Source of the DNA: Gemmatimonas sp.
Lineage (GTDB): Bacteria; Gemmatimonadota; Gemmatimonadetes; Gemmatimonadales; Gemmatimonadaceae
Length of the DNA: 64,000 bases
Assembly (NCBI GenBank): GCA_965279375.1
Contig: OZ257156.1
Coordinates: 1,792,001 to 1,856,000, forward strand
Reading direction: 5' to 3'
Under the pieces are notes generated by a model. It searched no databases. It was not told where the DNA came from and worked only from the letters and a program-made list of their open reading frames with translations. Below, piece by piece: positions 57,707 through 64,000 of the stretch; position 1 is the first letter of the stretch; each line of letters starts with the position of its first letter. The translations under genes and the position numbers were made by a program.

Positions 57707-58342
57707 CTACAACGACCCCAGCAAGTCGTCGATCGCTTTGCGGTCTGCGTCTTCCAGCGATTCAGCACCATGGATGATGCGCTGCAACACGTCCACCGCT
57801 TCCGCGGCCAGATCTTCCGGGTGCCGCCGGTCTTTCGCAAAACGCACGATGTGTCCGAGGAGAATCGTCTCGAACGGCGCCGTCTCGTCGTCGTCCTCAT
57901 CGTCATCGTCGTCATCATCATCGTCGTCCTGCTGCTCCAGCGATGCCTCGAAGCTCGGCACGCTCTCCTTCCACGGCTCGGATGCGTGCGCGTTCGCTTC
58001 GAGCGAATTGCGCGGGACCAGCGCGAACAGCCGGCACTGCAGTCCCGGCGCTTCTTCGTAGGCGAAGAGGCCGAGTGACACGGGCGTGTCGAAGAGATGC
58101 AAGTCGAGCAGACGCGCAATCGCTTCGGCAGGCATGGCACTGCGCGCGACGAGACGACCATCGATGTACGCCGCCAGCGCCGATGACTCTGGCGCACGCG
58201 GGTCTTCGAGGTGGGTGACGAGCAGCGACACCGGCTCGCGCGTGGTCACGAACACCGCCGGCCGCGCCTCGGGGTCGTGCTCTTCCTCAGGCGAGTCGTC
58301 GTGCGAGTCGTCGAAGGGCAACTCAAAATCGTCAGCGGGCAT
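57707..58342 (-). CDS. Highly acidic hypothetical protein
   Basis: 211 aa with a poly-Asp tract; GC3-rich codon usage. Confidence 0.7.
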   Translation of the reverse strand: MPADDFELPFDDSHDDSPEEEHDPEARPAVFVTTREPVSLLVTHLEDPRAPESSALAAYIDGRLVARSAMPAEAIARLLDLHLFDTPVSLGLFAYEEAPGLQCRLFALVPRNSLEANAHASEPWKESVPSFEASLEQQDDDDDDDDDDEDDDETAPFETILLGHIVRFAKDRRHPEDLAAEAVDVLQRIIHGAESLEDADRKAIDDLLGSL

Positions 58343-58393
58343 GGCAGGATCGATGATATGATCGATGTGATGATCGATGAGCCGGACGGGCGC

Positions 58394-60208
58394 TCAACTC
58401 CCAGACGCGATGTCGTTCACGTCCGTCCGTTCAAACACGCTACCCAGCCACACGAGCAGAGGCCAGAGTTCGAGGGACAGTACGATACAGCCAAGCACGG
58501 TTCCGAGCACAATCGACCAGGAACCGAACGGGAGATCAAAGACCGAACTGAGCCAAATCGTGACAGCCCCGATCCCCACCGGGAAAACCAACGCGACCGC
58601 CGCCGCCAGCGTCGTCGCGCCGGTGGTGAGCAGATTCTGTCCCATCGTCTCGAAGCCGCGCGCTTCAGCGCCAAGCCGGACCCACGCCGGGAAGAGCAAC
58701 GCTGTGCCGTTCTGTATGGCGAACATGAGCGCATTGAAAATCGGCACGGCGATGGCGACGGACACGATCATGGGCACCGTCGCGCCGCTTTCCGTCAGCA
58801 GTGCTGGCTCCTGGACGATCATCACGATCGGCACGATCATGAGCGACCACACGGTCAGCGAATGGAGCAGACTGACGCCGGCAATCTCCGCCGCGACGAT
58901 GCGCTGACCCGACAACGGCCACGTTTTGAGAATGGCCAGTCGCTGCAGGTCGAGCCGCAAATCGAACCGCATCCAGAGCGGCCCCAGAAAGAGCAGCATC
59001 GCGCCCCAGCCGATCGTCACGCCCATGAACACGTCGCCCGCGCGCGCCGATGAGCTCCGCGTCACGATCGCCAGCGTGCCGAGTCCCAGCGTGAACGCGA
59101 TCAGCTGCGTGCGCCAAGCGCCACCGCGCATGGCGGCAGCAATGTTCTTCCAGGCGATGGCGACTTCAGGACGGCCCGTCAGCGACAGCTTCGGCACGCG
59201 CGTCAGCTTCCCTGTACGCGAACGGGTCTTCCCCATCTGCGAGGTGCGGAATCGCTGCAGTCGCTCGGCGCGGTGCTGCGTGGCCTCCAGCGCGGCCTCT
59301 TCGAACGAAGCATCCAGCCGCACCACCCACAGATAGTGCAGCAGCAGCACGAGCAGCGCGATCGGTACGGCGGCTAACCATGCGCTGCTGCTCTGCGAAA
59401 AGACGGGCGCCAGCAGCGAGCGTACGGGCCAGAGCGCGAAACCCGGCACCGGCGCGTTCAGCGCGTCCACGACGCCGATCCCCACCGCCTTCATGCTCAC
59501 ATCGGCGGCTGCCTTGAGCACGGCCCAGCGTGACAGCACGCCGGATACCACGGCGCCTACGAGCGAACCGAACACCAATAGCGGCGCCAGACTCCGACGA
59601 CGCCCCGCGTTCTCGTGCTCGATGGCGTTGGCCCGCACGATCGACGCGCCGAGACGATGCAGCGCCAGCGTGGAAAAGACGATCCAGAGCGAGATGCCGC
59701 GCTGCCAGCCGTCCATCGTGCCGGCACCACCGCGCATCAGCACGCTCCAGATCAGCGTGTTCAGCAGAATCGCGAGCTGCGTGCGCACCAGCTTGGCCTG
59801 CACGAGTGCACGGCGCGAGACCGGCGCGGGAAACAGGAACTGCACTTCGGCGGGCGCGAACGCGAGCGTACCACGATCGGCGCCGAAGAGCCACCAGCGT
59901 GCGGCCGAAAGCAGGAGGACGGCCGACATGACGGGCAGGAGCAGCGTGCTGCTCACCAGCGACGCCATTGGACCGCCGCCAAAGCGCGTGTTCCGGAAGA
60001 GCGCCCACCAGATGTAGAGCACACCGAGAATCACGGCGGCCACATAGCGCGGGCTTTTCACGCGCACCGCCTGCGACCGCAGGCGATTCACGAAGCTGCG
60101 CACGTACACGAACAACAGTGCCGCCGCAGGTGACGGCGTACGCCCCGCCGCGCGATCGACCGCCGCCGGTGACTCCGTGACCTGCGTTGGATTCAGAAGC
60201 GTGCTCAC
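58394..60208 (-). CDS. Putative ABC exporter permease
   Basis: More than 10 TM segments, FAPAEVQFLFPAPVSRR motif; GTG start overlaps the ATPase stop. Confidence 0.8.
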   Translation of the reverse strand: MSTLLNPTQVTESPAAVDRAAGRTPSPAAALLFVYVRSFVNRLRSQAVRVKSPRYVAAVILGVLYIWWALFRNTRFGGGPMASLVSSTLLLPVMSAVLLLSAARWWLFGADRGTLAFAPAEVQFLFPAPVSRRALVQAKLVRTQLAILLNTLIWSVLMRGGAGTMDGWQRGISLWIVFSTLALHRLGASIVRANAIEHENAGRRRSLAPLLVFGSLVGAVVSGVLSRWAVLKAAADVSMKAVGIGVVDALNAPVPGFALWPVRSLLAPVFSQSSSAWLAAVPIALLVLLLHYLWVVRLDASFEEAALEATQHRAERLQRFRTSQMGKTRSRTGKLTRVPKLSLTGRPEVAIAWKNIAAAMRGGAWRTQLIAFTLGLGTLAIVTRSSSARAGDVFMGVTIGWGAMLLFLGPLWMRFDLRLDLQRLAILKTWPLSGQRIVAAEIAGVSLLHSLTVWSLMIVPIVMIVQEPALLTESGATVPMIVSVAIAVPIFNALMFAIQNGTALLFPAWVRLGAEARGFETMGQNLLTTGATTLAAAVALVFPVGIGAVTIWLSSVFDLPFGSWSIVLGTVLGCIVLSLELWPLLVWLGSVFERTDVNDIASGS

Positions 60209-60948
60209 GCCGACGCGGGCTGCCCTACGTCCGTGCCGGTCAGCGCGATGAACATCTCCTCGAGCGATCGGCCTGCGAGCTCCGGTCGCGCTTCCACGAT
60301 CTCGGCGATGGTGCCCAGGGCGACCGCCTGCCCCTGTCGAATAACGAGCAGCCGCGTGCACAGCTCTTCCACGAGATGCAGCAAGTGCGAACTCAGAATC
60401 ACCGCCGTGCCTTCGCGCGCGCGCGCCGCGATCGTCTCCTTCATGCGGCGAATGCCCACCGGATCGAGTCCCGTCAGCGGCTCGTCGAGCAGCAACGCCG
60501 ACGGTTGATGCAGCAGGCCGCAGGCGATGGCGAGCTTCTGCTTCATGCCGCGCGACAATTCCGTCGGCAATGACTTCGCCTTGGCGGTCAGCTCCAGCTC
60601 CTCGAGCAGCACCGGAATGCGAGGGCCGGCGTCACGCACGCCATACAAGCGCGCGACGAACTGCAGATGCTCTTCGACCGTGAGATAGTCGAAGAGCGCC
60701 GGTTCGTCGGGTATGAACGCCAGTCGGGCCTTGGCGGCGACGGGCTCCTGGCCAAGGTCGATGCCGCCGATGCGGATCGTGCCGGAGGTCGGATGCAGAA
60801 TGCCGGCGAGCGCGCGCAGCGTTGTGGTCTTGCCGGCACCATTGGGGCCGACGAGTCCCAGTACATCGCCCGGGCGCACCGTGAAGGAGAGCGACTGCAC
60901 AGCGACCGTATCGCCGTACAGTTTGGTGTACCGATCGACTTCGATCAC
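60205..60948 (-). CDS. ABC transporter ATP-binding protein
   Basis: GPNGAGKTT, LSRGMKQK, LDEPLTGLDP. Confidence 0.93.
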   Translation of the reverse strand: MIEVDRYTKLYGDTVAVQSLSFTVRPGDVLGLVGPNGAGKTTTLRALAGILHPTSGTIRIGGIDLGQEPVAAKARLAFIPDEPALFDYLTVEEHLQFVARLYGVRDAGPRIPVLLEELELTAKAKSLPTELSRGMKQKLAIACGLLHQPSALLLDEPLTGLDPVGIRRMKETIAARAREGTAVILSSHLLHLVEELCTRLLVIRQGQAVALGTIAEIVEARPELAGRSLEEMFIALTGTDVGQPASA

Positions 60949-61871
60949 GGCGCGCCTTTGCCCAACGCGAGCGGTGCGCTCAGGATGACCGAGAGCGAGA
61001 CCCCGGCAGGCAGGCAGTGCTCCTTGATCGCGTTGCGTCGCGCGGCGATGGTGCCCGCCGCTACCCCGGTCGCCGCGCCAATGAGAGCGCCCTTGGAGCC
61101 GCCGCCCAGAATGCGGCCAAGCAGCGCCCCGCGCATGGCGTTGCCCAGAACGCCGCTCTTGGTCTCGTTGGTGGTCGTGCGCTCCTCGAGCGGCGGGGCG
61201 GCCGCCTGCGTGCGCACGGTGCCGTACAGCGGGTGCATCGCGGAATCCACCTCGACCGAGATGGTCCGGAAGGAGAACTCCGCGCCCGCCTCGGGGGCGG
61301 TCATCTCCACGACGATTTTGGATCCCGCGGGGACCAGGGCACCGCTGGGGCCGTACGCGGCGGCTGTCGTGGTGATCACGAGTCGGTCGCCGGGGCGGTT
61401 GGCTTTGGCGCAGATGGCCGCGGTGCTTTGCCCGACGATCACCGTTCCGAACGGCAGTTCGGGGTTGGCCAGCTCCCCGCTTCCCGCGCTCGGCACGCGT
61501 TCCATGCCACCTGGCTGCTGCATCATGCGCAGGGCTTCGGGCGAGACCGTCGCCGCCGGCTCCGGGGCGGGCGTCGGCGCGGCCGCAGGTGCGGCTGGGG
61601 CGCTCGGGGTGCGGCGTGCGACGGTCGGAGGGGCGCTGGCAGGACTAGGCGCGGCCGACTGGCGCGGTGCGACGGGCTCTGGCGCGTTTGTGGCGGTATC
61701 ACCTATCGATGGTGCCGCGGGAGTCGGCGTCGGCGCGGCGGCCAACGTGAGGTCCCGAGACAGCACGGAATCGGCGATCGACGCGCGGTTCGGCTCGCGA
61801 TCGCATGCAGCGAGCGCGAGCCCCAAGGCCAGCGGTAATTGCCGGTGCATCCGATTCATAAACTTCATCAT
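60945..61871 (-). CDS. Lipoprotein with Pro/Ala linker and glycine-zipper segment
   Basis: Lipobox LAAC; GALLGRILGGGSKGALIGAATGVAAG; stop overlaps the ATPase start. Confidence 0.75.
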   Translation of the reverse strand: MMKFMNRMHRQLPLALGLALAACDREPNRASIADSVLSRDLTLAAAPTPTPAAPSIGDTATNAPEPVAPRQSAAPSPASAPPTVARRTPSAPAAPAAAPTPAPEPAATVSPEALRMMQQPGGMERVPSAGSGELANPELPFGTVIVGQSTAAICAKANRPGDRLVITTTAAAYGPSGALVPAGSKIVVEMTAPEAGAEFSFRTISVEVDSAMHPLYGTVRTQAAAPPLEERTTTNETKSGVLGNAMRGALLGRILGGGSKGALIGAATGVAAGTIAARRNAIKEHCLPAGVSLSVILSAPLALGKGAP

Positions 61872-61995
61872 CCGGACGATACTCCATTGGGGCTGTGTGG
61901 CGCCATGTGTGCCGCGCGCCTGCTCGTTGTGACTACGCCGCCGGGGACGGCGTCGTTCCCCTGTCCCAGACGACTAGCTCCGCTTGCCGAACTTC

Positions 61996-63249
61996 ATGCC
62001 GACGATACCGGAAACTCACGCGCCATCGCTCGCACAACCGGTCTACGTCGCACGTCAGCCGATCTTCAATCGTGCCAACGCCCGCGTCGCGTATGAGCTG
62101 CTCTATCGCGGCAGTCAGCACGCGACGGGAGCCGGGTCGATCTCGAGCGACGCCATGTGCAGCGATACCGCCTTGCACTCCGTCGTCTCCATCGGCCTCG
62201 ATCGGCTGACGGGTGGTACCACGGCGTTCGTCAACATCACGCGTGAGCACTTGCTCGGCGAACTGCACAAGATCTTCGATCCGGCAGCCGTCGTCCTTGA
62301 ATTGCTCGAGTCGATCGATGGTGAACCGGCCGTGGTGGATGCGTGCGAACGCGCCGTGGCCGACGGCTATACGCTCGCCCTCGACGACTACGATGGACGC
62401 CCATCGCTGGACGTGCTGCTCCCGCTGGTGAAGATCGTCAAGCTGGACGTGCTGGACCGCGACTACGACAAACTCGCCGTTCAGGTGCAATCGCTGGTGG
62501 CGCGCGGGATCACGGTCTTGGCCGAGCGTGTGGAGACGGTGGCCGTTCGCGATCGCTGCCAGGCGATGGGTTGCTCGCTGTTTCAGGGCTACGTCTTCAG
62601 TCGCCCGGAGACGCTGAACGGTCGGTCGATCTCGATGCAGCAGGTGACGATGTTCAACATCATCAACCTGCTCCGTGATCCCGACGTTACGGATGACGCC
62701 CTCGAGGACGCGTTCCGCACACACCCCGCGCTGTCACTGGCGGTGCTGCGCATCGTCAACTCCGCGTCGTTCGGCGCACGCGCGGTGGATTCCATCCATC
62801 ACGCCATCCGGCTGATCGGGCGCGAAGCGCTGTCGCGCTGGTTGCTGGTGATGCTGGTGTCGTCGGTGGGGCGCAGCAGCCCGGTGGCCAGCGAAGCGGT
62901 CGTGCAGGCGCTCGTGCGCGGCCGTTTCTGCGAGGTGCTCACCGCGCAGGTCGGCAACGGCGAGCCGTCCACCCGCTTCCTCGTGGGCTTGCTCTCGCGC
63001 ATGGACGTGCTGCTTGGCCTGCCGATGCCGCAGGTTCTGGAGCGTCTGCCTGTCAGCAGTGATGTGCGCGACGCGCTGCTGCACAATCGCGGCCCACACG
63101 CGCCGACGCTGTCGTTGGCGGTGGCGTATGAGGCGGGCGACTGGACGGTTGTCGATGTGGTGGGGAGCGACGCGGTGTCGTCACCCCTTGGCGAGATTTA
63201 CGGCGATGCCGTGGCCTGGGCCAGCGAGCGGCTGCGCAGCGTGAGCTGA
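61996..63249 (+). CDS. EAL-HDOD (YuxH/PdeH-like) c-di-GMP phosphodiesterase
   Basis: ARQPIF, YELLYR, FVN, VLELLE, LALDDY, VKLD, LAERVE, FQGYVFSRP; HDOD with FLVGLLSRMD. Confidence 0.88.
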   Translation: MPTIPETHAPSLAQPVYVARQPIFNRANARVAYELLYRGSQHATGAGSISSDAMCSDTALHSVVSIGLDRLTGGTTAFVNITREHLLGELHKIFDPAAVVLELLESIDGEPAVVDACERAVADGYTLALDDYDGRPSLDVLLPLVKIVKLDVLDRDYDKLAVQVQSLVARGITVLAERVETVAVRDRCQAMGCSLFQGYVFSRPETLNGRSISMQQVTMFNIINLLRDPDVTDDALEDAFRTHPALSLAVLRIVNSASFGARAVDSIHHAIRLIGREALSRWLLVMLVSSVGRSSPVASEAVVQALVRGRFCEVLTAQVGNGEPSTRFLVGLLSRMDVLLGLPMPQVLERLPVSSDVRDALLHNRGPHAPTLSLAVAYEAGDWTVVDVVGSDAVSSPLGEIYGDAVAWASERLRSVS

Positions 63250-63271
63250 ACGCAGCGACGATACAAATACA

Positions 63272-63310
63272 AACGCGCGCCGATGCTGCATCGGCGCGCG
63301 TTCTTCGTTT
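63272..63310 (+). terminator. Rho-independent terminator after the EAL-HDOD gene
   Basis: AACGCGCGCCGATGC-T-GCATCGGCGCGCGTT then CTTCGTTT; a second hairpin follows at about 63319-63346. Confidence 0.7.
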
Positions 63311-63356
63311 CTGGTGCATGTCGCGCGGCGCTCTTCGGCGCGCGACGGAGCTTCGA

Positions 63357-64000
63357 CTACGGGCGCGGCGCGCCAGGCAAATCGCGCGGACGGCCAATGT
63401 TGTACACCAGCGAGTCCCGCTTCTCGGTCGCCATCGACTCCGCACTTCCGTCGCCGCCCGGCGGACTGCTGAACGGCAGCAGGATCGAGATGCGACGGTT
63501 GGACGGCGCGAGGGGATCCTCCGGCACCTTGGGCTTGGTGTCGGCATAGCCGCGCACCTCCACAATGCGTCCGTCGCTCACGCCCGCGGCCTCGAGCACG
63601 CGCCGCGCTGCGTTTGCGCGGTCCGAGGAAAGCTCCCAGTTGCCGTAATTGCCGCCTTCCGTGCTGAACTGCGCGCCGTCGGTGTGCCCTTCCAGCACCA
63701 CCGAGTGCTTGAGCTCTGCGAGTTCAGCGCCGATGAGCTGCAGCGTGAGCAGCGTGGCCGGCTTCATCTGCTTGGAGCCAAGCGGGAAGTAGACGTCACC
63801 GCGACCCGTTTCCACGAGCTCGATGCGCAGGCCGTCGTTGGTGACCTGCACGTCCACGAGGCCGTTGAGTCGCTTGAGCGAATCGCTCTGCGCCAGCTTG
63901 TCGAGGATCGCGGCCTTGAGTGCTTCGAACGAACGCTGCTCGGACGACCGCACCACCATGCGCAGCGTGGTCTTCTGAATATTCGCCGGCGTGGTGCCAA
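63357..64000 (-). CDS. motB: Flagellar motor protein MotB, C-terminal part (5' end outside window)
   Basis: DGLRIELVE, EGHTD, NWELSSDRANAARR, VRGYADTKP, NRRISI. Confidence 0.88.
   Translation of the reverse strand, partial: GTTPANIQKTTLRMVVRSSEQRSFEALKAAILDKLAQSDSLKRLNGLVDVQVTNDGLRIELVETGRGDVYFPLGSKQMKPATLLTLQLIGAELAELKHSVVLEGHTDGAQFSTEGGNYGNWELSSDRANAARRVLEAAGVSDGRIVEVRGYADTKPKVPEDPLAPSNRRISILLPFSSPPGGDGSAESMATEKRDSLVYNIGRPRDLPGAPRP

Noticed and set aside
1..64000. CRISPR array, IS element, prophage or defence system
   Set aside because: No repeat-spacer periodicity and no transposase, integrase, phage or cas motifs recognised; the tandem repeats are short and lack spacers.

Overview
GC-rich (by eye about two-thirds G+C) bacterial chromosomal window with about 55 CDSs and one tRNA-Cys(GCA). 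The mix of SusC/SusD, PEP-CTERM, GSIII and MotB suggests a Gemmatimonas-like (Gemmatimonadota) genome; this is inference, not a search result. The centrepiece is a ~23 kb pectin/galacturonate utilisation locus (22747-45790). It contains a ROK-family repressor divergent from uxaC-uxaA-uxaB-exuT-PL10-GH28-GH105-kduD-CE8, then susC-susD, then a convergent PL10 lipoprotein plus a GH28-GH43 fusion. Four copies of a 21-bp TTTGTT-N9-AACAAA palindrome sit in the three promoter regions of the locus, suggesting a ROK-controlled pectin regulon. The CE8 pectin methylesterase carries a C-terminal SusC-type TonB plug domain with no barrel. Other notable items are an orphan MqsA-like regulator heading an ABC operon whose first ATPase appears to start at ATC, one intact and one degenerate EAL-HDOD protein, candidate sigma54 promoters, and a terminator embedded in a convergent CDS. 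No CRISPR, transposase, integrase or prophage was seen. All calls are by motif recognition; no databases were searched.
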